From contig CAZAPM010000001.1 of NCBI GenBank assembly GCA_964487475.1, positions 122,086 to 186,085 on the forward strand: a stretch of DNA of 64,000 bases, read 5' to 3'. Each line of letters opens with the position of its first letter. The first letter of the stretch is position 1. Below are positions 17,089 through 26,546 of the stretch, in pieces. This DNA comes from an uncultured Planctomycetales bacterium. GTDB lineage: Bacteria > Omnitrophota > Gorgyraeia > Gygaellales > Profunditerraquicolaceae. The notes under the pieces are model-generated. The model did not search any database and was not told where the DNA came from. It saw nothing but the letters and a program-made list of their open reading frames with translations. The position numbers were made by a program, and so were the translations under genes.

Positions 17089-19290
17089 ATGGAAAAGAAA
17101 CTGATCTATAAGCTGTTGCTGGTGCTGGGCGTGGTAGGGTTGTGCGTCTACTTCGCCTTCCCTCTTAACAAACGCATCAACCTGGGGCTCGACCTTCAGG
17201 GAGGGATGCATCTGTTGTTGAAGGTGGATACTTCCAAGCTCCCGGAGAAGGATAAAGAGGATGCGTGCGACCGTGCGCTGGAGGTCATCCGCAACCGTAT
17301 CGATCAGTTCGGCGTGCGCGAGCCGTCCATCGTCAAGCACGGCACGGACGAGATCGTGGTGCAGTTGCCCGGGGTCACCGACCGCGAGCGGGCCATCGAT
17401 CTTATAGGTAAGACCGCGCTGCTGGAGTTCAAGATGGTCTCCGATGACGGGGAGAAGATCAAGCAGGCTCTTTCCGGCACCGTGCCGGAAGGATATGAGC
17501 TCAAGGAAGACCAGGAGGAGCGCACGCGCTTGCTCTTGGAGAAGGACGCGGTTTTGACCGGGGATGCCATCGCCAACGCCATGGTCAAGTTCGACGAGTC
17601 CTCCATGAACGAGCCGATGGTGACGCTGGAGTTCAATCCCGAAGGCGCCAAGAAGTTCGCGGAGATCACCGCGGCGAACGTGGGCCGGCGCCTGGCGATC
17701 GTCCTGGACGGGAAGGTGCAGACCGCCCCGAACATCAAAGAGGCGATCCCCAGCGGCCAGGCCGTGATCACCGGACGTTATGATGTTACCCGGGCGCAGG
17801 ATATCGCCCTGGTGCTGCGCGTAGGCGCGTTGCCTGCTCCCATGTACGTGGAAGAGGAGAGGACCATCGGCCCGTTGCTGGGGCAGGATTCCATCAAGAA
17901 CGGGATCAAGTCGAGCTTGATCGGCTGTGCGCTGGTATTGCTGTTCATGGCGGGGTATTATCTCATTGCCGGTTTGGTCGCCAACGTCGCGCTTTCCCTG
18001 AACATGCTCATGGTCTTAGGAGGTTTGGGGATGCTGCCGATCCTTTTCCCAGGGATCTCCGCAACGCTTACCCTGCCGGGTATCGCAGGTATGGCGTTAT
18101 CCTTAGGTATGGCTATCGACGCGAACGTGCTCATCAACGAGCGGATCCGCGAGGAACTTAAGTCAGGGAAGACCCTGCGTCAGGCCATCGGCCTGGGGTA
18201 TGACCGGGCGTTCACCGCGATCTTTGATTCCAATATTACCACACTGATTGCGGCATTCCTTCTGTTCCAGTTCGGCACCGGCCCGATCCGCGGCTTTGCC
18301 GTGACCCTGACCATCGGTCTGATCTCATCGCTTTTTACCGCGGTGGTGGTGACCAGGACCATCATGGAGACTTTGCTGCACTTCGGATGGCTCAAATCCC
18401 TGCCCATGCTTTCCCTGGTTAAGCAGACCAAGATCGATTTTATCGGGAAGCGGCGTATCTTCTATGCGCTTTCCGTCCTGGTGATCGGCGCAGGCCTTTG
18501 GTCGTTCATCTCCCGCGGAGATAAGGTCTATGGCATCGATTTCGCCGGAGGACAGGTGCAGGAGTACAAGTTCCAGCAGGCCCCTTCCGTGGATACCGTC
18601 AGGCAGCTGCTGGCGGAGATCGGGCTCAAGGATGCTTCTATCCAGCAGTTCAGGGATAATCCGCAGGTGGTGATGATCCGCACCGTTGAGGATAAGAACA
18701 AGGAGATCACCGCCAAGCTTAAAGAGGCGATGCCGGGACAGACCATCGAGACGCTGCGTATCGAACGCGTGGGCCCGGTGGCGGGAAAGTACCTCAAGGG
18801 CAAAGCGTCCGCGGCGCTGTTATGGTCTCTGATCGGCATCCTGATCTACGTGGCAATTCGCTTCAAGCATTTCAACTTCGCGGCAGCCGGTGTTATCGCG
18901 CTCTTGCATGACGTGCTGGTGGCGATGGGAGCGCTGGCTTTGACCGGCAGGCAGATCGACCTGTTGAGCGTGACGGCGTTCCTGACCATTGCCGGTTATT
19001 CCATCAACGATACCATCGTCATTTACGACAGAGTGCGCGAAAATATGCGGCTGCAGCGTAAGATGACCTTGGCCGAGCTGATAAACTTAAGCGTCAATCA
19101 GACCCTGGGGAGGACTTTGCTTACTTCCGGGGTAACGCTGCTGGTGGTCTTGTCGATCTTCCTGTACGGGGGGGAGATCCTGAGCAATTTCGCGTTTACG
19201 CTTCTGGTGGGGTTTGTCTCGGGCGTGTATTCGACCGTGTACATCGCTTCGCCCCTGGTGCTGGCCTGGCCCAGGAAACCGAAGAAGTAA
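17089..19290 (+). CDS. secDF: fused protein-export membrane protein SecDF
   Basis: 733 aa. SecD periplasmic domain and 6 TM, followed by a SecF-like second 6-TM module. yajC-secDF order. Confidence 0.93.
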   Translation: MEKKLIYKLLLVLGVVGLCVYFAFPLNKRINLGLDLQGGMHLLLKVDTSKLPEKDKEDACDRALEVIRNRIDQFGVREPSIVKHGTDEIVVQLPGVTDRERAIDLIGKTALLEFKMVSDDGEKIKQALSGTVPEGYELKEDQEERTRLLLEKDAVLTGDAIANAMVKFDESSMNEPMVTLEFNPEGAKKFAEITAANVGRRLAIVLDGKVQTAPNIKEAIPSGQAVITGRYDVTRAQDIALVLRVGALPAPMYVEEERTIGPLLGQDSIKNGIKSSLIGCALVLLFMAGYYLIAGLVANVALSLNMLMVLGGLGMLPILFPGISATLTLPGIAGMALSLGMAIDANVLINERIREELKSGKTLRQAIGLGYDRAFTAIFDSNITTLIAAFLLFQFGTGPIRGFAVTLTIGLISSLFTAVVVTRTIMETLLHFGWLKSLPMLSLVKQTKIDFIGKRRIFYALSVLVIGAGLWSFISRGDKVYGIDFAGGQVQEYKFQQAPSVDTVRQLLAEIGLKDASIQQFRDNPQVVMIRTVEDKNKEITAKLKEAMPGQTIETLRIERVGPVAGKYLKGKASAALLWSLIGILIYVAIRFKHFNFAAAGVIALLHDVLVAMGALALTGRQIDLLSVTAFLTIAGYSINDTIVIYDRVRENMRLQRKMTLAELINLSVNQTLGRTLLTSGVTLLVVLSIFLYGGEILSNFAFTLLVGFVSGVYSTVYIASPLVLAWPRKPKK

Positions 19291-19297
19291 ATAAGTC

Positions 19298-19407
19298 AGG
19301 GACGGTTCTGCTGCAAAAGGGGTTTCTCGCTTAAGGTCGGTCCGCTCGAGCAATCAGAGAATGGACCTCAATGCGCTCGAACCCCCTTTTGCAGCAGAAC
19401 CGTCCCT
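19298..19407 (+). repeat. inverted-repeat element, copy A: perfect 25-bp terminal inverted repeats (AGGGACGGTTCTGCTGCAAAAGGGG / CCCCTTTTGCAGCAGAACCGTCCCT) enclosing the ~52-nt conserved motif (copy 2, 19327-19380); followed by a T-tract
   Basis: Arms at 19298-19322 and 19383-19407 are exact reverse complements. The loop carries the second copy of the TCGCTTAAGG...ATGCGCTC motif. TTTTTT follows at 19412-19417. Lies between secDF and mfd. Confidence 0.8.
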
Positions 19408-19424
19408 AATGTTTTTTACCTGTT

Positions 19425-21335
19425 ATGTTTAAAGCGCTCAAGCTTTATAAGGGGGAACCTCTTAATGTGGCCAGGTTCGCAATGGACCTGGCGGAGTACG
19501 GCTACCGGCCGCACGAGGCCGTGGCGCAGGAGGGGGACTTCTCCCGCCGGGGCGGGATCATCGACGTTTTCCCCTTCACCTTCGAGCTGCCTATCCGCAT
19601 CGAATTAGACGGCGACGTGATCGCGTCCATCCGCAGCATCGTCCCGGAGACCGGCCAGCCGCTCTGGGACCATTCCATGGCGATCGTCCTGCCCATCCAC
19701 AAGCGCGGGGCGGCCAAACACCTTCAGTTCAAGGAAGAGGTCCCCCTGGATAATTTCGTGGACCTTTCCGCAGGGGATTATGTCGTCCATACCCAGCACG
19801 GTATCGGCCGCTTTCTGGGCCTGGAGCGCATCAGGACGGGTGAGAAGCGCAAGGACCACCTGGTCATCGAATACGACCGGCACGAAAAGCTCTATGTCCC
19901 GGTCGACCAGATGCATCTGGTGCAGAAGTACCTGGCCTTCCAGAGCCGGCGGCCGAAACTCTTCCGTTTGGGTGGCAAGGAGTGGGCCAGGGTCAAGGAA
20001 AGGGCTAAAAAGGGCATCCAGAAGCTCGCCTGGGACCTTCTGACCCTCCAGGCGATGCGCGCCACGGTGCAGGGGCACTCCTTTGAAAAGGACACTGCCT
20101 GGCAGGAGCAGTTCGAGGCCACCTTCCCGTTTACCGAGACCCCCGACCAGCTTAAAGCCACTCAGGAGGTCAAGGCGGACATGGAGTCGGATAAGCCGAT
20201 GGACCGGCTGCTCTGCGGTGACGTCGGCTACGGCAAGACCGAGGTCGCCATGCGCGCGGTATTCAAGGCCGCGGCTTCCGGAAAGCAGGTCGCGTTCCTG
20301 GTCCCGACCACCATCCTGGCTGAGCAGCACTACAAGAACTTCAGCAAGCGGCTGACGGAATTCCCCCTGCGCGTGGAGATGCTCTCCCGTTTCAGGACCC
20401 CCCGGGAGCAGCGGGAGGTCGTCAAGGCCGTGGCGCAGGGCAGGGTGGATGTGGTCATCGGCACGCACCGGCTGCTTTCGCAGGACGTTTCCTTCCGCGA
20501 CCTGGGGCTGGTGGTGATCGATGAGGAGCAGCGCTTCGGCGTGCGTTCCAAGGAGAAGCTCAAGGCGATGCGCCTTAACACCGATGTACTGACCCTGACC
20601 GCCACCCCCATACCCCGTACCTTATATATGAGCCTGATGGGCGCCAAGGACCTTTCCATGATCAATACCCCTCCCCAAAACCGGTTGCCTATAAGGACCG
20701 TTGTGGTAGAATATGACGAAGATCTGATCCGCCAGGCGATCGCGCGCGAGCTCGCCCGCAAAGGGCAGGTGTATTTTTTGCACAACCGCGTGCAGGATAT
20801 CGAAAAGATCAAGGAACGGGTTGCGCGTCTGGCTCCGGCCGGCGCCAGGATCGCGATCGGCCACGGCCAGATGGCTTCCCGGCCGCTGGAACAGGTGATG
20901 ACCGGGTTCCTGGAGGCGAAATACGATATCCTGATCTGCACCATGATCGTGGAATCGGGGATCGATATCCCCAACGTCAATACGCTGATCGTCAATAACG
21001 CCCATACCTTCGGGCTGGCCGATCTGCATCAGCTGCGGGGCAGGGTGGGAAGGCTGGACAAACCGGCCTACGCCTATTTCATGGTGCCGCGCTCCCAGGT
21101 GTTCGATTCCGACGCGAAAAAGAGGCTGGAGGCGCTGCAGGAGTATTCGCAGCTGGGCGCGGGGTTCAAGATCGCGATGCAGGACCTGGAGTTGCGGGGC
21201 GCCGGCAACCTGCTGGGCGCGCAGCAGCACGGGTACATCGCCGCGGTCGGGTTCGATCTCTACTGCCGGCTTTTGAAGGAAGCGGTCAACGCATTTGAAA
21301 AGACAGGAGTGCAGGCAACTCATGAAACTCATTAA
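19425..21335 (+). CDS. mfd: transcription-repair coupling factor Mfd, short form (lacks N-terminal D1a and part of D2, and the C-terminal D7)
   Basis: RGGIIDVFP. RID-like HEKLYVPVDQMHLVQKY. Helicase motifs GDVGYGKTEVA, DEEQRFGV, QLRGRVGR. Only 636 aa versus about 1150 for canonical Mfd. Confidence 0.85.
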   Translation: MFKALKLYKGEPLNVARFAMDLAEYGYRPHEAVAQEGDFSRRGGIIDVFPFTFELPIRIELDGDVIASIRSIVPETGQPLWDHSMAIVLPIHKRGAAKHLQFKEEVPLDNFVDLSAGDYVVHTQHGIGRFLGLERIRTGEKRKDHLVIEYDRHEKLYVPVDQMHLVQKYLAFQSRRPKLFRLGGKEWARVKERAKKGIQKLAWDLLTLQAMRATVQGHSFEKDTAWQEQFEATFPFTETPDQLKATQEVKADMESDKPMDRLLCGDVGYGKTEVAMRAVFKAAASGKQVAFLVPTTILAEQHYKNFSKRLTEFPLRVEMLSRFRTPREQREVVKAVAQGRVDVVIGTHRLLSQDVSFRDLGLVVIDEEQRFGVRSKEKLKAMRLNTDVLTLTATPIPRTLYMSLMGAKDLSMINTPPQNRLPIRTVVVEYDEDLIRQAIARELARKGQVYFLHNRVQDIEKIKERVARLAPAGARIAIGHGQMASRPLEQVMTGFLEAKYDILICTMIVESGIDIPNVNTLIVNNAHTFGLADLHQLRGRVGRLDKPAYAYFMVPRSQVFDSDAKKRLEALQEYSQLGAGFKIAMQDLELRGAGNLLGAQQHGYIAAVGFDLYCRLLKEAVNAFEKTGVQATHETH

Positions 21336-22242
21336 GCAGGCGGCAATCATCGGGATATATCTCGCAGCGGGCGCGGCCCTTCCGGCAGGCGTCCGGGCCC
21401 AGGAACAGATCGTGGCGGTGGTGAACAACGACGTCATCACGGGCAAGGACTTGAACGATTTTTTGAACTTCATGCGCATGGAGCTTTCTTCCCAGAATCC
21501 GGCCATGGACGTCGAATCCAAGATCGAAGGGATGAAGAAGGACCTGCTGCAGAAGCTCATCGAGGATAAGCTGATCCTCCAGGAAGCCAAAAAGAGCGGG
21601 GCGAAGGTGGACGAGTCCAGGATCAAGGGCCGCCTGGCGCAGATGCGCAGCCAGCACGGTTCGGACGCCGATTTTCAGCGGATGCTCGCCAAGCAGGGGC
21701 TGGTGCAGGCGGACCTGGAGCAGCGCATGCGCGAGCAGTTCCTCACCTACCGGGTGATCGAGGATAAGGTGAAAAAGAACGTGTTCGTGCATCCGGGAGA
21801 GGTCACGGGATTCTATTACGCCAACATCAAGGAGTTCTCCCTCCCCGAGCTGCGCGAGTTCGAGGTGGTGCGTTTTGAGGATGTGCAGGGCGCGCGGGAT
21901 TTCATCAATCTGCTGCGGACGGGGGAGGAGTTCTCTTCCGCGGCGCAGAAGGTCTCCGCGGAGGTCCAGTCCATGACCGCATATAAGGGTAAAGAGTTCA
22001 AGCCCGAGATCGATACCAAGGTGTTCGCCCTGGCGCAGGGGGATCACAGCGATCCTATCGAGCTGCGCAGCCAGTTCTACGTGTTCCGGGTGAAAAACAT
22101 CACCCCTCCCCGCGAGGAGACCCTTTCCGAAGCCCAGGAAAAGATCTATTCCTACCTTATGGACAACAAGATGCGCGAAGCCATGACCGCCTGGCTGGAA
22201 ACGCTCAAAAAGAACGCCTATATCAAAGTGTTCGCGGAATGA
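21322..22242 (+). CDS. surA: SurA-like periplasmic chaperone / parvulin-type peptidyl-prolyl isomerase
   Basis: Signal peptide. SurA N-domain. Parvulin-like FEVVRFEDVQGARDF...; surA-pdxA-rsmA synteny. Confidence 0.8.
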   Translation: MKLIKQAAIIGIYLAAGAALPAGVRAQEQIVAVVNNDVITGKDLNDFLNFMRMELSSQNPAMDVESKIEGMKKDLLQKLIEDKLILQEAKKSGAKVDESRIKGRLAQMRSQHGSDADFQRMLAKQGLVQADLEQRMREQFLTYRVIEDKVKKNVFVHPGEVTGFYYANIKEFSLPELREFEVVRFEDVQGARDFINLLRTGEEFSSAAQKVSAEVQSMTAYKGKEFKPEIDTKVFALAQGDHSDPIELRSQFYVFRVKNITPPREETLSEAQEKIYSYLMDNKMREAMTAWLETLKKNAYIKVFAE

Positions 22243-22246
22243 TCCC

Positions 22247-23236
22247 ATGACCTTATCCTCGCGCCGCACAGTACGGGTCGGTATCACCATGGGGGATCCC
22301 GCGGGGATAGGTCCGGAAGTGATCGCCCGTTCCCTCGCGCAGCTGCCGGAATCCGCGCAGTACCTGTTGATCGGGGACGCGGGCGTGTTGTTCCGCTATC
22401 TGAAGGCACGCCGGCTGCCGCGGCATGTCGCCATCCTGGATTGTGCCAATGTCAACGCGAGAAATCTGCAGCCGGGGAGGATCTGCGCCGCATACGGTAA
22501 CGCTTCGCTGGAGTATGTCGACCGGGCGCTGGACCTTTGCCTCCGCGGGCAGCTCGACGCGCTGGTGACCGCTCCTCTTTCCAAGGAGGCGGTGTGCCTG
22601 GGAGGGCAGGCGGATTTCCGCGGCCATACCGAATATCTGGCCAGAGCCTGCGGCGTGGCCCAACCGGTGATGATGTTGATGAACCGCGCCTGCAAGATCG
22701 TGATGGCCACCCGGCATATCCCGCTTTCGCAGGTGTCCCGGACGCTTGATCCCGGCGAGATCGCGCATGCGGTTATGACCGCCGCGGCCCTGCTGCCGAA
22801 GGAGTTCGGTATCCGCGCCCCGCGTTTCGTGGTCTGCGGCCTCAATCCGCACGCATCGGATCACGGTATCATCGGAAAAGAGGAGGCGCAGGTCGTGCAG
22901 CCGCTTGTCCTGAAGCTGCGCAGCAGGCTTACGCGCAAGGGATGCACGATCGAAGGGCCTCTGGCCGCCGATGCCGCATTGAGCGCCGCGGTCTGCGGCC
23001 GCTACGATTGCGCGGTGGCCATGTACCATGACCAGGCGCTGATCGCGCTGAAAGTCTCTCACGCCGACAGCGGCGTTAACGTTACCCTGGGGCTGCCTTT
23101 TGTCCGCACCTCGCCTCTGCACGGGACCGCGTTCGATATCGCCGGCCGTGGAATCGCGCGAGCCGATTCGCACCTGGCAGCGGTGCGCACCGCCGTTTCC
23201 TGCGCGCAAAAAAAACTTCTCGCAAGGAAATCCTGA
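22247..23236 (+). CDS. pdxA: 4-hydroxythreonine-4-phosphate dehydrogenase
   Basis: VGITMGDPAGIGPEV. GHTEYLA. C-terminal TSPLHGTAFDIAG. Confidence 0.92.
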   Translation: MTLSSRRTVRVGITMGDPAGIGPEVIARSLAQLPESAQYLLIGDAGVLFRYLKARRLPRHVAILDCANVNARNLQPGRICAAYGNASLEYVDRALDLCLRGQLDALVTAPLSKEAVCLGGQADFRGHTEYLARACGVAQPVMMLMNRACKIVMATRHIPLSQVSRTLDPGEIAHAVMTAAALLPKEFGIRAPRFVVCGLNPHASDHGIIGKEEAQVVQPLVLKLRSRLTRKGCTIEGPLAADAALSAAVCGRYDCAVAMYHDQALIALKVSHADSGVNVTLGLPFVRTSPLHGTAFDIAGRGIARADSHLAAVRTAVSCAQKKLLARKS

Positions 23237-24051
23237 TGGCGCGTCACCGGCCCAAGAAATCCCTGGGACAGCATTTTCTCGCCGACCGGCATTACCGCAG
23301 CCGCATCGCGGAGCTGCTGGGATTGGACGGCACGCAGCGGGTCATCGAGATCGGCCCGGGCAGGGGGGAGATGAGCGCGCTTATCGCGCCCCGCGCGGCG
23401 CGGCTGGCCTGTATCGAGCTGGACCGCGATGTGCTCCCGGCGCTCGAAGCGGCGCTGGCCCCGTATCCGCACACGAAGATATTCTGCGCGGATGTGCGCA
23501 AAGCGGATATGGACGCGATCGCGCAATGGGTGCTGGAAGGCGCTCCCCGGGCGGGGATCCTGGCGTTCGGCAACATCCCCTATTACATTACCACGCCCAT
23601 CTTAGAGAAGCTCATCCCGCAGCGCCACCGCATCCGGCGCATCGTGCTTACGGTGCAGAAGGAGTTCGCGCACCGCATGGCTTCCGCGCCCGGTTCCAAG
23701 GAGTTCGGCGCATTGAGCTGTTTTGCGCAGTATCATGCGCATTGCCGCGTCCTGCTGGAGATCCCGCGGGGGGCGTTCTGGCCGGTCCCGAAGGTGGATT
23801 CTTCGGTGGTCGAGTTGAGGCTCAAGGAAACCCTTCCCTGTACGCCGGACGAGGAGAAGCGCCTTTTTTTCCTGATCCGCGCCGCGTTCACCCAGCGGCG
23901 AAAAATGCTGCGTTCCGCCCTGAAAGGCTTCGCGCCGGCCGCGGCGCTCGAGCAATCATGCGCCGCGTGCGCCGTCGACAGCCGCCAGCGGCCGGAAACC
24001 CTCTCCCTGGAGCAATTCATCTGCCTTTCCTCCCGGATTTTTAGAAAATAA
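23236..24051 (+). CDS. rsmA: 16S rRNA (adenine1518/1519-N6)-dimethyltransferase
   Basis: KSLGQHFL. VIEIGPGRGEMS. FGNIPYYITTPI. Confidence 0.93.
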   Translation: MARHRPKKSLGQHFLADRHYRSRIAELLGLDGTQRVIEIGPGRGEMSALIAPRAARLACIELDRDVLPALEAALAPYPHTKIFCADVRKADMDAIAQWVLEGAPRAGILAFGNIPYYITTPILEKLIPQRHRIRRIVLTVQKEFAHRMASAPGSKEFGALSCFAQYHAHCRVLLEIPRGAFWPVPKVDSSVVELRLKETLPCTPDEEKRLFFLIRAAFTQRRKMLRSALKGFAPAAALEQSCAACAVDSRQRPETLSLEQFICLSSRIFRK

Positions 24052-24054
24052 TTG

Positions 24055-24083
24055 TTGACAATGCGGTCAATCTCGTATATACT
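24055..24083 (+). promoter_or_regulatory. candidate sigma70 promoter (TTGACA-17-TATACT) upstream of the tRNA/rpmG/secE-nusG cluster
   Basis: -35 TTGACA at 24055-24060. -10 TATACT at 24078-24083. Confidence 0.4.
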
Positions 24084-24142
24084 TTTGGCTCTGTTCAATT
24101 TGGGCATCCACCCACGATACAACAGTCGGGGATCAGCGCAGT

Positions 24143-24180
24143 AAGAATTGCGAATGCGTGATTCTTATTTGGGGTTTTTT
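24143..24180 (+). terminator. weak hairpin plus T-tract (AAGAAT-loop-ATTCTT ATTTGGGGTTTTTTT)
   Basis: 6-bp AT-rich stem followed by a run of 7 T. Possibly the rsmA operon terminator, or a leader structure. Confidence 0.3.
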
Positions 24181-24222
24181 TATTTTCCACGCAATGACGG
24201 AACACCCGTGTCACATACTCTC

Positions 24223-24295
24223 GCTGGAGTAGCTCAGTTGGTAGAGCACGTCCTTGGTAAGGACGGGGTCACGGGTTCAATTCCCGTCTCCAGCT
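24223..24295 (+). tRNA. tRNA-Thr (anticodon GGT)
   Basis: Cloverleaf: acceptor GCTGGAG/CTCCAGC; D-arm GCTCAGTTGGTAGAGC; anticodon arm CGTCC-TTGGTAA-GGACG; T-arm ACGGG-TTCAATT-CCCGT. Confidence 0.9.
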
Positions 24296-24332
24296 TAAAC
24301 TTCTGAACTCACGCGGGCACTAGGGAGCACGA

Positions 24333-24494
24333 ATGGGAAAAGCGGTACGCGAGATCATCAATTTCGAATGCACGGTATGCAAGCACCGCAATTATACCGG
24401 CACGAAGAACAAGAAGCAGCATCAGGAAAAGCTCGAACTGAAGCGGTATTGCAAGTTCTGCCATAAGCACACTCCCCATAAAGAGATTAAGTAG
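24333..24494 (+). CDS. rpmG: 50S ribosomal protein L33
   Basis: 53 aa [53 protein letters not shown] with zinc-ribbon Cys pairs. Below the track's ORF size cutoff. Confidence 0.9.
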   Translation: MGKAVREIINFECTVCKHRNYTGTKNKKQHQEKLELKRYCKFCHKHTPHKEIK

Positions 24495-24575
24495 GACAGA
24501 AAGTCCTACACCAGCCTATCCGATTAGGCTGGGTGTTGGTTCAGCAGGTTGTGGTAGGGAGTAGGCAGTAGATTT

Positions 24576-24646
24576 AGGAGCGTCGGTTAATGGCAAACCA
24601 ACGGTCTCCAAAACCGTGACTGCAGGTTCGAGCCCTGCCGCTCCTG
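24576..24646 (+). tRNA. tRNA-Trp (anticodon CCA)
   Basis: Acceptor AGGAGCG/CGCTCCT. Anticodon loop CTCCAAA. T-arm GCAGG-TTCGAGC-CCTGC. Canonical position upstream of secE. Confidence 0.85.
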
Positions 24647-24688
24647 TAAATATCCGTAAGGGGCACTACGCAGAGATCAAAGGACGCA

Positions 24689-24886
24689 ATGGCAAACGTG
24701 TTACAGAAGCCGGTAAATTTCATCAGGGAAGTGAAGGCCGAATTAGGGAAGGTCTCCTGGTCCTCGAGGCGGGAACTGCTCGGTTCGACCATGGTGGTGA
24801 TCGTAATCACGCTTTTGATGGCGCTTTTCATCGGAATTGTCGACTGGGGCCTGGCAGCGTTACTGCGCAGGATATTCGCTCAATGA
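24689..24886 (+). CDS. secE: preprotein translocase subunit SecE
   Basis: 65 aa, single TM. FIREVKAELGKVSW. Confidence 0.9.
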   Translation: MANVLQKPVNFIREVKAELGKVSWSSRRELLGSTMVVIVITLLMALFIGIVDWGLAALLRRIFAQ

Positions 24887-25410
24887 GAAACTGGTACGTA
24901 GTTCATACGCAGACGGGTTTGGAGGACAAGGTCAAAGCGCTTTTGGAACACCGCATCGGCGCGCAGAACCTTGCGGAATCGATCAGTAAAGTAGTGATCC
25001 CCACCGAACAGATCTCCGAGGTCCGCTCCGGCAAGAAGAAGATCTCCCAGCGCAAGTTCTTCCCGGGATATATCCTCGTGGAAATGGACCTTTCGGAAGA
25101 GGCGTATCTCCTGGTCAAGACCACCCCCGGCGTGACGGGTTTCATCGGTCTGGGAAAAAAGCCCATGCCGCTTCCCGAGCATGAGGTGAACAGCATCCTG
25201 AAGCGCACCGAGGAAACCGCGGCCAAGCCGTCTCCGCGCACGGTCTTCGACCGGGGCGAAGCGGTGCGGGTTACCGACGGACCTTTCGTAAATTTCAACG
25301 GCACGATCGACGAAGTGCACCCGGAAAAGGGCAAGCTTCGCGTGAGCGTGTCGATCTTCGGAAGAGCTACTCCGGTCGAACTGGAGTACTGGCAGGTAGA
25401 AAAGATTTAA
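24883..25410 (+). CDS. nusG: transcription termination/antitermination factor NusG
   Basis: [18 protein letters not shown] domain. [28 protein letters not shown] overlap with secE. Confidence 0.95.
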   Translation: MRNWYVVHTQTGLEDKVKALLEHRIGAQNLAESISKVVIPTEQISEVRSGKKKISQRKFFPGYILVEMDLSEEAYLLVKTTPGVTGFIGLGKKPMPLPEHEVNSILKRTEETAAKPSPRTVFDRGEAVRVTDGPFVNFNGTIDEVHPEKGKLRVSVSIFGRATPVELEYWQVEKI

Positions 25411-25424
25411 CAAAGGTACAGACA

Positions 25425-25850
25425 ATGGCTAAGAAAGTCAACGCACAGATCAAGCTTCACGTTCCCGCAGGGCAGGCTAACCCGGCGCCGCCGGTAGGCC
25501 CCGCGCTCGGTCAGCACGGCGTCAACATCATGATGTTCTGCAAGCAGTTCAACGAGCAGACCAAGGCCAAGGACGGGTTGATCCTGCCCGTGGTCATCAG
25601 CGTATACGAGGACCGTTCCTTTACCTTTATTATTAAGAGCCCTCCGTCTTCGGTGCTCCTGAAGCGCGCGGCGAACCTGGCCAAGGCTTCCGGGACCGCA
25701 GGCAAGGAGACCATCGGTACCGTGACCAAAAAGCAGATCGAGGAAATAGCGAAACAGAAGTTGAGCGATCTTAACACCTCCGACATGGAACAGGCGATCA
25801 AGGTCATCGCCGGGACCGCGCGGAGCATGGGGATCGCCGTTAAGGACTAA
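25425..25850 (+). CDS. rplK: 50S ribosomal protein L11
   Basis: [35 protein letters not shown]. Confidence 0.97.
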   Translation: MAKKVNAQIKLHVPAGQANPAPPVGPALGQHGVNIMMFCKQFNEQTKAKDGLILPVVISVYEDRSFTFIIKSPPSSVLLKRAANLAKASGTAGKETIGTVTKKQIEEIAKQKLSDLNTSDMEQAIKVIAGTARSMGIAVKD

Positions 25851-25851
25851 G

Positions 25852-26532
25852 ATGAAAACGCACAGCAAACGTTATAAGAAGTCGGCAGAGTCAGTCACCA
25901 AGGATCAGATCTATTCCCTTAAGGACGCGGTGGCCATCATGAAGAAGATGGTCGCCCCGAAATTCGACGCATCCGTGGACCTGCATTTCCACCTGAACGT
26001 CGATTCCAAGAAGTCCGACCAGATGGTGCGCGGCACCGTGGTCCTGCCTCACGGCACCGGCAAGCTGGTGCGCGTGGCGGTGTTCTGCAAAGGCGAACAC
26101 GAGCGTCAGGCGAAAGAAGCGGGCGCCGAGATCGTCGGCGGCAGCGAGCTGATCGAGAGGGTGGCCGGCGGGTTCCTGGATTTCGACTGCGCGATCGCCA
26201 CCCCCGATATGATGAAGGACTTGAGCAAGCTGGGCAAGGTGCTCGGGCCCCGCGGCCTGATGCCTTCCCCGAAGACCGGTACCGTGACCCAGGACGTGGT
26301 CAAGGCTATCGAGGATGTCAAGCGCGGCAAGGTCGAGTTCCGCGTGGATAAGCAGGGCGGTGTCCACCTGGCGGTGGGCAAGGTTTCCTTTTCTCCCGAG
26401 AAGATTTTCGAGAACGCCTCGCGCGTCATCGAGGCCCTTAACGAAGCAAAGCCCGCGTCGGTCAAAGGCAAGTTCATCAAAACGCTTACCGTAAGCGTCA
26501 CCATGAACCCCGGCCTGAAACTGGCGGTGTAG
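25852..26532 (+). CDS. rplA: 50S ribosomal protein L1
   Basis: Typical L1: [30 protein letters not shown]. Confidence 0.95.
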   Translation: MKTHSKRYKKSAESVTKDQIYSLKDAVAIMKKMVAPKFDASVDLHFHLNVDSKKSDQMVRGTVVLPHGTGKLVRVAVFCKGEHERQAKEAGAEIVGGSELIERVAGGFLDFDCAIATPDMMKDLSKLGKVLGPRGLMPSPKTGTVTQDVVKAIEDVKRGKVEFRVDKQGGVHLAVGKVSFSPEKIFENASRVIEALNEAKPASVKGKFIKTLTVSVTMNPGLKLAV

Positions 26533-26546
26533 TCGAGGTCGATCTC

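Noticed and set aside
19298-19407. Possibility that the repeated elements represent a CRISPR array
   Set aside because: Only dispersed single copies with inverted rather than direct symmetry were seen. There is no regularly spaced direct-repeat array and no cas genes. No CRISPR is present in the window.
25411-26546. L11/L1 and L10 autoregulatory mRNA leaders
   Set aside because: The nusG-rplK and rplA-rplJ spacers are only ~14 nt, leaving no room for the leaders known from E. coli. Only the rplL-rpoB hairpin was kept, at low confidence.
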